This document shows positions 1-13,470 of a DNA stretch of 64,000 nt, in pieces. A model generated the notes under the pieces. The model did not search any database and was not told where the DNA came from. It worked only from the letters and a program-made list of their open reading frames with translations. The stretch covers positions 15,562,001 through 15,626,000 of the forward strand of contig JAQFVV010000003.1 of the NCBI GenBank assembly GCA_028023455.1. The letters run 5' to 3'. Each line of letters opens with the position of its first letter. Position 1 is the first letter of the stretch. The translations under genes were made by a program, and so were the position numbers. Source of the DNA: Epiperipatus broadwayi (Eukaryota; Animalia; Onychophora).

Positions 1-503
1 TAGTCCACTTTGAATCTTTTTACTCCTAATTTTTTTATTATATATTTCAATGAAGAAAATGATTTTGATAATAAATTTTCTATATTATTCATTTTAATTT
101 TAAAAGTACATAAAATTATATATATATCAGGAGTATTATATCAAAATTTATTATAATTTAAGATTTTCTTTTGATGGAGAATTGTCTCATAGTCTGGAAG
201 GATGAACTTCTCTACATATATCCTTTATAGAGTGGAGATAAAAAAGTTAATTTGATTATATTTTTGTTTGAAAAAAACCTATGTATATTATTATGCAATA
301 AAGCATTCTTTACTAACATTATTTATTCGTCAACATTCACTACCATTAACTCAGAAGCATGACCATTTGTAACTCCAGAAAAAGAAAAAGAGATGAAGAT
401 AAGGAATAAAAAGAAAGCAAAAAATGAGAAGTAATTAAAGTTATAATTGTTATGCATGTTATTAAAAAAATGAAAATGTGATTACACAAACTCATTATTA
501 CAG

Positions 504-533
504 TTAGTGCAAGTACGAGGCGATCACTGCCAT
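504..533 (+). CDS. Host gene, 30-nt exon (LVQVRGDHCH)
   Basis: ttattacAG acceptor, cat|GTGAGG donor; phase 0/0; joins in frame to the exon at 886. Confidence 0.55.
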
Positions 534-885
534 GTGAGGTTTATGAAAGGCTAATTGAATGCAGATAATAAATTAAAGAAAATACAGAATAAAAATAATA
601 ATGCTGAATAATTCTATTAATATTAGAATCATATTAAAACAATGATTCTTATTTTTATTCAATCACACATGATCACTAAATATATAATAACGCCAAATAT
701 AAGTTTAAAGAAATAAAATATTTTATTCATTATATTATATATAAAGCAAAACAAAGAAAACACACAGACACATTTTTGTAAAATTATGGATGTTAAAATA
801 AGTTAGTTGCTTTCTTTTTATGCATGAATTGGTCTGGTTTATTAAAAGCTTTTTATGAAAATGCCCATCTGTTGTTATTTTCTAG

Positions 886-1042
886 GCACCGTTAAAAGTT
901 GTCCAGGGAGCCACAGCCTTTAGTAGCGGAAAGCCTATAGCAAGTAGCAGCTTTCTCTATACCTTTGATGAACCGGGAACTTTCTGTGTTACCTCCCAGG
1001 GGGCAGCAGGGCATGTTTGTACTATTATTGTCGTTGATAACG
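886..1042 (+). CDS. Host gene exon, cupredoxin-like domain C-terminal part (APLKVVQGATAFSSGKPIASSSFLYTFDEPGTFCVTSQGAAGHVCTIIVVDN)
   Basis: ttttctAG / g|GTAAAA; open frame; F-SG...FLYTFDEPG motif resembles the plastocyanin-like fold; ends in phase 1 matching the next exon. Confidence 0.85.
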
Positions 1043-1347
1043 GTAAAATATTATTTGGGAAAGAAACAATGCTTTATTCTTTTAAACTTTTGTCTTTCTA
1101 CTTTCTACTTTTTTTTTTTTTTTTAATTTGAAATAAAGTTGACAAACCTTTATGCATTTTATTTTCAGTGTTTATTATTATTATTTAAATAGATCGCAGT
1201 GTTTAAACTGCTTATCGTTTTTTTTTTTTAATGTTAAAAAAAAACATCTGAATTTCTGTGAAAGTAAATATGTGTTGATGTAATCAGATAAATTATAAAG
1301 ACATCATTATATCTGTAGCTCCATTCTTTTCTCTTTTTTTTCTACAG

Positions 1348-1502
1348 ATGTTGTTGTGGCACCTCCCTTCATCTCTTCTGAAAAAACAGGTGGCAGGGTT
1401 GAAAGAGGCTATAGAGTTAGTCTTTCCTGCTCCACACCAAGAGCTAAAATAGTTTATACAAAAGATGGTTCTCCTCCGCTTCTGAATAATAGCAAAATAA
1501 AG
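1348..1502 (+). CDS. Host gene exon, CHB_HEX_C/Fn3_assoc-like domain first half (DVVVAPPFISSEKTGGRVERGYRVSLSCSTPRAKIVYTKDGSPPLLNNSKIK)
   Basis: long polypyrimidine tract + acAG, aag|GTAATA; I.YT.DGS.P motif; phase 1/0. Confidence 0.9.
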
Positions 1503-1760
1503 GTAATATTATGGGAAAACAAGAGCCGTTTTTTTTAAAAAAAATATTATGTCCGATAAAAACAAAAACTTGTATATTCTATTTATTTCTCTCTCTCTCT
1601 TTTTTTTTTTACATATGTATGTCAATTTTTATTGTAATATATATACACAATATATATGTATTTACACTTGTGGAAATGCTTAGGCAGTTTGGTTCAGGAT
1701 TAGAATATTTTTAACGTATAGCTTATATGTAGTTAAACTTAAGTAGCTATTCTCTTTTTA

Positions 1761-2280
1761 CAGTAATGCCACCCAATGCAAGCAATAGATGTCAGAAGGT
1801 TTATGTATTTAAATCCCTATCTAGTGCCTATCCCCTGATTAGTTCCTAGCTTACGGTTGTCATCAGTAAGGAACTGTGGCTCTAGCAATGGATATCGGTG
1901 GCAATAGTCATAAAAAAAGCAAAGAACCTAAAATATATAGATACTAAATTAGATTCAGATCTTCATGACCATACAGGAAATTAACTTTGACTGAAAACAT
2001 TATTGTGTTTTCAATTTTGGCTCATTATTTTGTGGTTGGCTAAATTGGTAAATGATAATTCTTAGAGGGATGTATTAAATCCAAAGGCCTACGTGTATTT
2101 CTCTCAGATCAAAGGCTTCTCACTGATGACAGCTGTAAGCTAAAAACTAGTCAGTGGATATTGGATGAGTAGACACTAGATAGGAATTTAATGCACAAAC
2201 TTTCCTGATATCTATTGATTACTATAGGTTGCACTGAGTAGCATTATTACATAGACAGAGATGTTACTATTTTAATAGCT
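1761..2280 (+). mobile_element. Family A PLE-type non-coding repeat, old diverged copy (inverted part then direct part); degenerate HHR at 2116-2158
   Basis: Similar to copies at 22-26 kb, 40 kb and 45 kb; CTGATGA c AGC tgtaa GCT a AAAA CTAG TC. Confidence 0.7.
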
Positions 2281-2600
2281 TGTGCAAGAAAAATAAATAA
2301 TGATCATATGATGCTTTAAAGATTTAAGTTTTTGCTAGTTTAGCTGATGAATGGTGAATAGAGGGTCTCAAAAATACAGTATTGTTTGATAAATAGTTTT
2401 ACAATTATTTGTCCCATTTTTAAATGATTATCATAGTATATTACATTGTTTAATGTCAACTAGTTATAAGCTTTTTATTGATATTTTTGTCTTCTAAAAT
2501 TTTGATTGGTTATCATCCTTCTTCAGAGCTATAAATGCCATTAAAATTGTGTAAAGTTTATATAACCAATTTTATAATGTAAACAACAAATCTGTTGCAT

Positions 2601-3607
2601 CAGGAATGGGGTATCTCTTGCCCTGGGGCCAACTCCAGCCCTCAAAAGTTCTCAATATCACCTGAATACTTTCAAATGCTTATATAAAATGGTTCTGTAT
2701 AAAACTTCTATTTAATCTCATGTGTAGGTCAATATTGAATCATGAGTTAAGTAAAATATTTATTTTCTCAACAACATTCAACCTTTGAAATATTTCCATC
2801 CAACCTTTATAATATTTCAAGTTTATTCTATCAGAGGTGCAATAAAATTATACTGTGTGGTTTATGTGATGACAGATGGCATTTTGGTTGTTTTTATAGT
2901 GATAATCTGCCAACTAATTACACATTTACAAAAAATAAAATCAGAGTTTTATGTTGATTTATTATTATTATTATTACTATTTTACATTTATTATTTTTAT
3001 TAGGATAGCTACACTGAGTAAGTTTTTAAAAATTGATATAGGAAATTGCATATTTCAATAGAAATGGATCAATGCATATATTTTTTCTATAGAAAAAAAT
3101 AGTAAATCGATATGCCTGATATATCTGGAAAGTATTTCAGTTAATAAAGAATACAATATTAAAAGATACTTTATCAAAACAGTCTTATTACAATAAAATT
3201 GTTGGGAAATAAACAAATATTGAAATAGAAAATTTGAAAAGGAGCTTCAACAAATGGCTGTCATATTTCATAAAAAGTCCAAAGATACAAAATTCTGTGA
3301 AGGCAAATTACATTATTTCAAAAAAAAAAAAAAGTAGAAACTTCAAAAAATCACTTTCTGAATGGAAATTTATAAATGACTGTGTTGTAGCTGCTGTAGA
3401 ATTAATCTGTCCAGAACATAAGAAATTTGAAAATATAAATAGGCTTGAAGAGTAGTTACAAGGCAAATTGAAAAAATTGTCATTAAACATGGAACAGCCA
3501 TTAATAATAACAATGTTACTTTATTTTTAATTCACAAAAAATTATGCTCTCATTTAAAAACGGCAGGTTGAAATTGGCCTGCAAGCTGAAAAGATTGCCC
3601 ATTCCTG
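2601..3607 (+). mobile_element. Decayed hAT DNA transposon (GTF2IRD2/SPIN-like transposase remnants)
   Basis: 10-bp terminal inverted repeat CAGGAATGGG (2601) / CCCATTCCTG (3598-3607); remnants CLIxLESISVNKEYNIKR and FINDCVVAAVELICPEHKKFENI; TSD not recognisable. Confidence 0.7.
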
Positions 3608-3669
3608 TTGATTAGGAGCAAATTAATTAAATGTTTATTCAAATATAGCAGGCTAATTTTTAAGTCAAT

Positions 3670-3739
3670 TTTATATGGCCCATGAATGATATTATAAATA
3701 TCCAAATGGCCCTTGGCAGAAAAAGGTTCTCTATCCCTG
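3670..3739 (+). mobile_element. Isolated hAT-type right terminus
   Basis: ...aaatggcccttggcagaaaaaggttctctatccctg resembles hAT/Charlie ends (from memory of the family pattern). Confidence 0.45.
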
Positions 3740-4515
3740 CTTTACAATATATATTTACAATTTTAGAAACAACCTAAAAAAATAAAATTATTTATATACT
3801 TATGCATGCACATACACATATATCAAAAATGCATAACAATATATGAAAATCAACAGATAGCATGGCAACTTAATATTTATCGAGTAATGCTACATTGATT
3901 ACAGAATTCAAATTACAAGCATATAAAAATTGGAAATATATTTTTCGCTTGTTATTAAAATTTTAAATAAACACAATCTCAGAACAATGCTAACAATAGG
4001 AGTGAATCTAAATAAACCAAAATGTTATTATAATTCCTATCATCAATAAGAGTGATAGCAATATCGCAGCATATTATTTTTACTGTTAAAATAGTAGCAA
4101 AAACTTTCCGCACAATAATGCCACATAGTGAAAAGCTATATTAATCAATAGATATTAGAAGTTTATGCATCATAATCCACTATCCAGTGTTTCTAATGCA
4201 TCCCTCTATCAACCACATTTTACATTTTTAGTTAACTATAAAGCTATCAATCCAAACTGAAAATGTAAAAGTTTTCAATTCAAGTTAATTCACTTATATA
4301 ATCATACAGATCTGAACCCAGTTTTTGTGTCTTTAGGATGATTATGTGATGTTTTAATGTTTTTATTTGCGAGTTAGTATCTATTTAAATCTTAGTGATA
4401 GATGAGATTTCCATTATTATGTATTTATAATTTGGAGTCTGCAAGCTATGTAGTGTTGTTGCATAAATTTAAATGTTAAATAGTTGAGATATTTATCTAT
4501 CTATCTTTCTATATA

Positions 4516-5260
4516 TACTGTGACTAAGTGGTTTTACATTTAGCTCCCATTGCTTTATCTCAGAATAACAAACTCCTGTGTTTACTTGATTTAAAAAAAA
4601 ACAAGTTAACTAATGAGTAAAACATAAAATGAACAAAAATTCTGTTGCATATGACCATTTCAGTACAGTTTGTATGTAAAATAGTCATGTTTCTCATAAT
4701 TGCCATGAGCATAATAGCTTATATTGCTTTAAATATTTTCATTCATAAATAAAATAAGATTATAACAATATGTGTGCCAGAAAATAATATTTCAATAGTA
4801 TAGTAAATTGGTTATAAGAAAGAAGAGAGTAGAAACTATCAATGAGTACTTAAAATAGAGTCACTTTTAGACATAGTAACACAAAGTATCAAAATTTTAC
4901 TATGTCTAAAAGTGACTATTTTAAACACTCATTGGCAGTTTCTATTCTCTTCTTTCTTATAACCATTTTACTATACTATTGAAATATTATTTTCTGGCAC
5001 ACATATTGTTATAGTCTTATTTTATTTATGAATGAAATTATTTAAAGCAATATAAGCTATCATGCTCATGGCAATTATGAGAAACGTGACTATTTTACAT
5101 ATAAACTGTACTGAAAGGGTTATATGCAACAGAATTAAAGTTTATTTTATGTTTTATTTATTGGGTAATTTTTTTAAAAAAAAAAATCAAGTAAACACAG
5201 GAGTTCATTATTCTGAAATAAAGCAATAGGAGCTAAGTATAAAACCACTTATTCACAATA
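4516..5260. repeat. 745-bp fold-back palindrome (about 364-bp arms, 17-nt loop at 4880-4896)
   Basis: Arms 4516-4879 and 4897-5260 are reverse complements with scattered mismatches; TA at both outer ends. Confidence 0.9.
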
Positions 5261-5636
5261 AGACAGGATAGAATGTGTTTGTAGTGGAGTGACAAGAGAT
5301 ATGGATGGAAAAATAGGTAGTGCATTAGAGATGGTTGGCCAAAGAATAAGTAAGATAGAGGAATGGGTAAAGGATATAGAAGCAAAATTAAAATCGTTAG
5401 AGATGAAGGGTGAGGAGATAAAGGAATTATTGAGTAGGAATGATAAGAAAGAAATAGATAAGGAAGTCCAGAAGGTGGTAAAGAAGATTGTGAATAAAAC
5501 AGAGAAAGTAGACTATGAGACAGTATTGATAGGTGATTCATTAATAAGAGAATGTGGAGATATAATTGCAAGGAAAAATAGAAACAGGTATGTAAGAGTA
5601 TGTTTGCCGGGAACTATAATTAGAGATGATACAGAT
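5261..5636 (+). mobile_element. LINE ORF1 5' fragment (coiled-coil + SGNH/GDSL esterase block I, VLIGDSLIR)
   Basis: ORF 5289..5696; last 75 bp nearly duplicate 9441-9515, where the rest of the element continues. Confidence 0.8.
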
Positions 5637-6748
5637 TTTTTAAAAAAAAAGTTAAAGTATAAATGTTTGCAAATAAAAGTTAGAATTAAAAATTGAAAAC
5701 TAAAAGTTTACAAAAATCTATTTATATAAAATTGCACAGATGAAAAATTATTAAAATAAAACTTTATTTTTAAAAAAAGGATATTTTAAAACTAAATTTT
5801 AAGCAAAAACTTAAAGATATAAAGATAAACATATATATCTTTAAGAATGTACTATAATTAAATTACTGTCTATTGTGTTAAAACTCAAGATGGAAATGAT
5901 TGTTGGTTTTAATTAATCTAAAGCAAATGAGCCCTTAGGGCAAATTTATAATTAAAGGTCAGATAAGAGATATAAAATTTTTGTGTTATCATCTTGTGGA
6001 AGGGCAACCAACACTCAGACCCTGATGAAAACTACTGGAACAGAAAAACATGCTCAGTGAATCTGAAGGAGGAATATAAAAAGAGAAAATTCAAATTAAG
6101 AATAGTTCCAGCTTGATTTTTTTGAGGAGGAGGGTGAAAAGACACACTTTTCACCCTCTTACTAATTTCAAATGAAATGACTGTTGAAATATGAATTGCA
6201 CTATTTTAGACCCCGAATCATATGGGTCCTACAATAAAATAGTTCCAGGATTGATTCAGCTAAGGTAGCCTCTGGATTAATAACTATGGTATGAACAACA
6301 GACCGGTTTTCTCTGAAATTTTGAATAATAAAGACTTCGCGGGAATTGGCTCAAGGAACCGGGAGCTCCTCTAATGTAAAGTATAATTATGAACTCAAAT
6401 CATTATAAACTTTTGCTAAATGAACTTTGAATAATTTCTTAAATAATTAAGGCCTAACCAAGTTTAAATCATAAACTCTTATCTGACCAACACGAAAGAT
6501 TAAATCAGTTATTAATATTTATTTTTATATTTTTTTAATATATGTTTGCTAATTCAATTATTTCCATTTTCTTTATTAATGTTAATGAAATCAAAAAAAT
6601 GTATTAAATCTTAAGTTGGGTGTAGATAGGTGCATATCAGTATAACAGGGCTGAGTTCAAACCCTGTTCTAAGTCAGAGGGTAATACTACCGAGCATACA
6701 TATCTAATTAAATCAAGTGAAATATTAAATAAATTATTTTTCTTTTTT

Positions 6749-7600
6749 TGTTGTGATCTTGTATGCGGGGGCATATATATATATTTAAGTAAGTAAATAA
6801 AAAACAGATTGAAATATAAGAGGGATGGGGGATTATATGGTTTGTGCTGATATTTATTTATATGCGTGTTTATATTGCTGCATGAGTGAGTAAATGTAAT
6901 AATTTTGTAAAAAGGAATAAAAGTTATTTTAATTTAAAAAGAAATATTCCAAGATGGTCGACCAAAAGAATGTTACAAATTATAAAAAAATAAATTAATT
7001 GCAAAGAAAGGACCCAAAAAGTTGCAGATCGCTATCTTGAAACAAAGGCATTTAAATTAATAAAATAAAATGTTAAAAATAAGAGACAATGAACGGTCGA
7101 GTGTAGATCGCAAGGTAAATTGGAAATTCCTAAGCTTAGATAAAGAAACAAAGAAAAGAAAAGTATTGAAAAGATTTTCATTGCGCAAACCATGTGGTTT
7201 AATTAAAGAAGAAAGAACAATAGCATGATTAATTAGATTCGAGAAAGCTGAACTTAGAGAGAACTTCTATAGCTGTGACTGCCATGAGCAGGATTGTAAG
7301 AAAAAGTTAGTAAAAAGAAAAAAAAGTTTATAATCGAAAAATCATGAACAGGCTAGGGTAGAAGAGCAGAACAGGCCAGGCTATGCCATCCATCCTGCGG
7401 AGAGACTACCATCACTGTAAATGTAGGAGCGAAGCCCTTCTTCAAACTATGAAAAGAACAGCCTTCACCAGACGCCATTGATTGCCTTATGGAAATTAAC
7501 CAAAGAAAGAAATCCTTTAATCATACAGTGCAGCATGAAGCCAGTGGAAAATTGCTAATAATCTACACCCGGGTGAGATAAACGAGGTAAACCAAACATT
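6749..7600 (+). mobile_element. Possible highly decayed LTR-element gag region
   Basis: TG start, tggtcgacc PBS-like word near 6955, purine-rich stop-interrupted frames and a degenerate knuckle-like C..C.S near 7405-7440; no second LTR found. Confidence 0.25.
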
Positions 7601-9440
7601 TTTGTAAGTGATAATAACTATTTTGAATGAAAGCACATCCTATTGAATAATGTGTAAAAGGGTTAAAGTAAATGAAGAAAATGTTGAAATAATACCCTGT
7701 ATAAATATACACCTTAATAGACAATGCCTGATTGAAATTGTTTTCAAGCTATGATCGGTATTTTTGTGTATTACATTTATAAACTTGTGCGAGTGTATTT
7801 ACATGCGGGTTATTTAATTATTCGGGCACAAACCAATATCCAATTATGGGATTCTATGGGTTTTGTTTTATTATTTGTGTTATATTAATAAATATGAATT
7901 AGTATTATAAATTTAATTATGTGTGTTAGTGTTAATTTCTTAGAATAATATTAAAAAGCAAAAAGTAGGAAAGCAAACGAATCATTCATGCACTACATGT
8001 GCATTTTTATATGTTCCCTCCACCTCTTTCCCATGGTCACTGACTACTACCCCTGAGTGAGCTAGCCAGAGATACAAGCTCTAACCACCAGAAATAGATA
8101 CTCATCCTCTCCCAGCATAATTCTTATTTATTCGTAGGTAAGATTGGCACTTGAGATCATTATTGATGCTCATAAATATGCTGGGCGAATAATTAGAGTA
8201 CATTACAAAACCAACTACATATATGTGTGTTTATATTATAATTTTGGTTAAATAAAAGAGCAAAAACTTAGGTTTGAAATATGTAATAAACGTATATCAC
8301 ATATATATGTGTTTACACCGGAATAAACTGTTACATCGGTAAATACGACACCTCGTGCTGAGTGTCTAAACATATTTACGGTTATATATATTTTAAGTTG
8401 TTGTTGTCAATGTGGCACCTTATGATGAGTGCCATTGGGTTTACTTTATTGTAAATTTCCCTTAGCAATTGTTCAACTAATAAATTTATATTTAAATTCA
8501 TTTATGTTTATTTTAATGGGTTTTAATTTCAGGCTATTTGTTTCATAATTAGATCGATGCTGGTGGGGGGATATATGGGTGTTTATATCAATGTAATGTG
8601 AAGCATGTTTAGCATACAGGGCAAAGCCCAACTGAATGCATGACCCAGAAGCATAGTCATTGTGTTGCAATTTTTGCAGATGTATTTTCTGAAACCTTGA
8701 CTTCCTTAGCTCTATGGATAGGGATTATAAGTCAGCAGATAGACCACTCTCCCCCATACATAACATTTCAAATATTATTTACATGATTCCTTTGCCAGAC
8801 AGATGCACATACCTGTACTGGATGAAGATCATGTTTTTCAAATAATATCACACTGCAGATGCACATTCCTGACAGCATGGTTTTATGTTAGCATCTTCAT
8901 ATTGCATTGGTTGCATCTATATATCTGGAAGGAGGCAGTGGATTGGCTGTGAATTTTTAGTCTGAGATTGACTGATTGTTTTGAAAAAAATTTAAATGAG
9001 TAATCTATGTAGCAATCTATATTTCAACATTATAAAACAAACTTCTAGAAATGGTTCATCTGTGCAGACTTTCAAAAATAATCTAAATTTAAAATTAATA
9101 TTAAAATCAAGATAAATTTATTCCTCAATTTTAAATATTTATATATGTGCATTAATAAATGTTTTTTTGTGTGTTATTACTGGCAGTGGCTTATTTTATT
9201 TTTTTAATATTAAAAATTTATTTTTGATTTCAAATCATTCTTGAATGAAGTGTTGAATAAGTACTTATTATAAATCTCTATATCCCCTCGAGCTAGTGGC
9301 AAAGGCTAATGGTCATTATAAACTAAAGTTGGATCTTAATAGTAAATATCTGCATATTATATAAATTTTCCAAGTTCGAATGGCCTGGTGGTGCCCTGTA
9401 CAACAGATACGGTAATACTCTAATTTTCCTGATCATTATA

Positions 9441-12400
9441 ATAATTGGAAGAAAAAATAGATACAGGTATGTAAGAGTATGTTTGCTGGGAGCTATAATT
9501 AGGTATGTTACAGATAAAGTAAAGAAGCAATGAAATAGAGATGTATATGTTATGGTAGGGACTAATAATTTATCAGAGTCATCAGAGAGAGTAAAGGGTG
9601 AGTAGATAGAATTGATTAGGAATTTGAGTATGGTTAAAGGAAGAGTAGGAATAGTTGGATTATTATCATGATTTGATATAGGGCAAGTTCTATAAATGAG
9701 AGATTGAAAGAATTGTGTGAGAGAAATGATGTTATATTTGTGGATGGGTGGAATTTTTTTATTGGGAAGAGGGAGTTATATAATAAAGATGGGTTGCACT
9801 TAGGGAAACAAGGAAGTAAAGTTTTAGGGAGTCTGATTTTTAAAGAATGTAGTTTGGGAAACTTGTAAAGGGGGGTGGGATTTTAAATTGCAGTGTTATT
9901 AGAAAGAAGAAGAATGGATGGAATATAAGGAATAAACAAAGGACAGTTGATTTAGATATAAATGTAGATGTGGATAGAGAATGGGTCTATAAAATTAATG
10001 GTAAGCAAGCTATTTATAAACATAATGGAGAAGAAAGAATCAAAAAAAAATTATAAAAGAGTAGTTAGGAAAGAAAAAAATGTTAAAATTAGGTATTTGA
10101 ATATGCAAGGTGGTAGGAGACCAGAAAAGTGGCAGGAATTAAACAAAGCAATTGAAAATGAAGAGCTTGAGGTATTAGCAGTAATGGAAACACATCTAAG
10201 AGAAGAAGAACCTGTTTTGAAAGATTTGATATGGCAGGGTATAAATAAAAAAGAGAAAGAAAAAAAGGTGGTGGTGTAGGTGTTATATCAAAAAAATATT
10301 TAAATACTGTTAGATGCTAAGAACATTTGTGATTTGAAATAAGGTTGGGAAGACAAGAATGGATGGTGGCTATAGTTTATATAGCTACTGGAGATAGTCA
10401 AACTATAATGGAGTGGAACAATAGCATATATGAGAGCCTAGTTAAGGATATTCAGAGTTTTAAAGAAAAGGGTAAGAGAATAATGGTTATAGGAGATATG
10501 AATGGGTATGTTGAAGAAATTGTTTATGTAGATAATAAGAATGGACAGCTTTTGAAGAAATTTTGTCAGAGAGTAAGTTTGAGCATTGGAAACATCAAAT
10601 ATTTATGAGGGACAATACACATGGTCTAGAAATAATATATCACACACAATAGATTATGTATTAGTAGAAAAAGAGGGAATGAATAAAGTACGGAAAATTA
10701 AGGTTTTTGATAATGAAGAGAGAGTATGTAATAGTGATCATAATTTCTTTGTAATTGAAATGGTTAGTAATGTGATGGAGAATAGAAATAAAAGTAGAAA
10801 AAATAATGAAAGATGTGGAGGGAGAGTGAATGATATGAATAAGTTGGAAGAGTATAAAATACAGGTTGAAGAAACCATGGAAGAGTTGGTTGGAAATGAG
10901 TATGAGGAGTGGTGTGATGAAATAAAAAAAGTGGCAAATAGGGTTTTCGGTGAGAATATTCAGAAGAATAAAAGTAATAAAAAATGAGAGTTAGTAAAAG
11001 TGTAAAAGGAAAAAAGCATGCAGAATATATAAGTGTGCTATTAAGAACAAAGAAAGTGAAAAAGATATTAATGCTAAATGGGAAAAGTACTTAAAAAAGA
11101 AGAAGTTAGCTAAAATAGATAATTATAGAGAGAGAATGAAACTAAATATTAAATTATTGGATGATATTAATAAAAGTGGAAGAGATGGAAGTAAAAAATT
11201 TTGGAATTACATTAAAAAGAGAAATTTAGGGGAGAGAGAAATAGTATTACTGGATGAGGAGAGAATAGTTGTAGCTCTAGAGAAGAATTAGAGAGAATAT
11301 TGAATAGTTATGTAATGGACATAGAAAAGATGTTAGATGTGGACAGAGGGATAGAAAATATGAAAGCATATAGTAATGGAAATATTAGGTTTACAGAAAA
11401 TGAACTGAATGAGGTAGGGAAGAAATTGAGAAGTGGTAAGGCAAGAGGTTTAGATGGATGGGCAGCAGAGATGGTAATGAATTTAGGGTGTAGGGCAAAA
11501 GTAAAGTTATTATCATGTTTTTATAAGATGGCACAGAAGAGAGTTTTTCTGGGTAGTTGGAGTAATACGAGAGTAAGGGAAAAGGTAAGGATCATAGAAA
11601 GTTAAATAATTATAGACCGATAGCGGTAACATCAGTTTTATATAAAGTTTTTTCATATATGGTGGCTGGAAGAGTTACAAAATGGATGGAAGAAAATAAT
11701 GTAGTGGTGGGAATGCAAGGAGGTTTTAGGTCAGATAGGTGTATAGGAGATAGTTTATTTGTAGTTACACAACTTATGGATATGAGTAGGAATTCAGGTA
11801 GACAATTATATACGAGTTTTATAGATATAGAGAAGGCATATGATAGAATGAATAGAAATAGATTATGGATATGTTTAGCAAATCTGGGATTGGATGAAAC
11901 TTTAGTGGTTGTTATAAAGAAATTATATGAAAATAATTACTATACATATCAATTAGACAATATAGAATCAGTTAAAGTTAAAAATGGGGTGGGATTACCT
12001 ATGTCACCTATTTTGTGTTTTTTTTTGTATTTGAGTGAAATAGAGAGAGCAATAGAAAGACTAGGAAGAGGTATAGATATCGTTAATAGGTGGCAAGGGA
12101 GTATATACACTGTCGGGTCTTTTTTTGTGGATGTCTTTTTGTGTGCAGAAAGAAGAGAAGATATGGAAGTTATGCTGAGGACGGGTGTAAGGGTGGGTAA
12201 AGATATGGGAATTGAATTTAGTGAAGAACAATCAAATATAATGATGGTGAATACTGGGGAAAGAGAAAACAAAGATTTCTTATTGGAGGATATAAAGTTA
12301 AGTGTAGTGAATAGATATAGTTATTTGGGAATCATCTTGAGTAATCAGAAAAATTGCTTGGATGAATGGGAGAAAAAATTGATAAATGAAGCAAAGAAAA

Positions 12401-13470
12401 GAAAGGGATTGATAAAGAAATTAACAGTGTTTTTATATAATAAAAATGATGTAACTAGAATTGTATGGAAGGAAGTATTAGTAGCAGGGTTAACATACGG
12501 CAATGATGCGTTATGTGTTAGTAAAGGGGTATTAGATAACTTAGAAAAAGTACAAAGGAAAGTAGGAAGACATGCATTAGATGCAGAGGTGTGGACAGCA
12601 AAGAAGGCAATTCATGGATAAATGGGATGGTCAAGTTTTTGCATGAAGGATGCAAAAAGCAAATTGAAAATGTTCAGTAGATTGCAGTTTATAGATAATA
12701 AAAGAATAGCCAAAATAGTTATTTAATTGGATTACAAGTAAAGAGCAAGCAATAAGGTGGGATGATTGTGTTAGGAGGATTATTGAGTGTTATAGTGGTA
12801 AGAAGTGGGATAGAAGAATGTATGCATTAATAAAGGAATAGGAAGTTGAAGAGATGTAGAACTAGTATGGAGAGTGAAATGAGTTTAAATATATATAGAA
12901 GTAAACGGAACATTGGGTGTGAGTTAATTTATGATAATAGTAAGGAAAGTAGTTTATTGTTTTGTTTTTCCATATGTCATAGCATCGGCCGGGACGCGGA
13001 CTCACAACCGTCTGCAACCAACTACTTGCTTGCATGGCGGCTGCAATACCTCTCAGCTAACAATGAATAGGATCTTTAGCAATAAGGGAATATACACATA
13101 AATGGAAAATATGGGTGATTTAGTCTGCAAGTTATGTAAGGAAGGCTTAGAAAATATTAGGCATCTGTTACTTCAATGTAATGCTTGGAAACAGAAAGGG
13201 TAGAAATAATGAAGTTATGGAAGATTAAATATGAACAAAATGATTATACAGAAAGTGAGTTATTGGTTTTTATGCTAGGTTTGGGAAAAGCTAATGGGGA
13301 TTTAGATATGAAGGTCATGAAGTTGACAAAGATTATGTTGTGGAAATGGGATGGAGCAGATTATGGGAAAACTTAGGGTGGAGAATGGAAAGGTAAAGTG
13401 TCTAACAGGTTTCTCTGAGCATAGTTGCTGAGAGATTCCTGACTCCGTATAAGGAGAAGTCACAGTGCAT
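9441..13470 (+). mobile_element. Degenerate non-LTR retrotransposon: SGNH-esterase ORF1 end, AP-endonuclease, reverse transcriptase, C-terminal CCHC-like motif, 3' stem-loop and CATCA repeats (CR1/L2/RTEX-type, clade not resolved)
   Basis: GTNN (about 9555) and DGLH (about 9788) esterase blocks; YLNMQG, METH, IGDMNG, IDYV, SDH endonuclease motifs; QGGFR, FIDIEKAYD RT motifs; CKLC...ENIRHLLLQC; many stops and frameshifts. Confidence 0.93.
12965..13068 (-). mobile_element. tRNA-derived SINE fragment inserted in the LINE
   Basis: GC-rich island interrupting the LINE; on - strand A-box-like TAGCTGAGAGGT and B-box-like GAGTCCGCGTCCC. Confidence 0.5.

Noticed and set aside
6625-6690. tRNA-like B-box (GAGTTCAAACCC)
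   Set aside because: No A-box or cloverleaf; at most a SINE relic, not a tRNA gene
8470-8960. GC-richer block with Cys-containing frames
   Set aside because: Probably TE-derived, but no motif could be recognised in any frame
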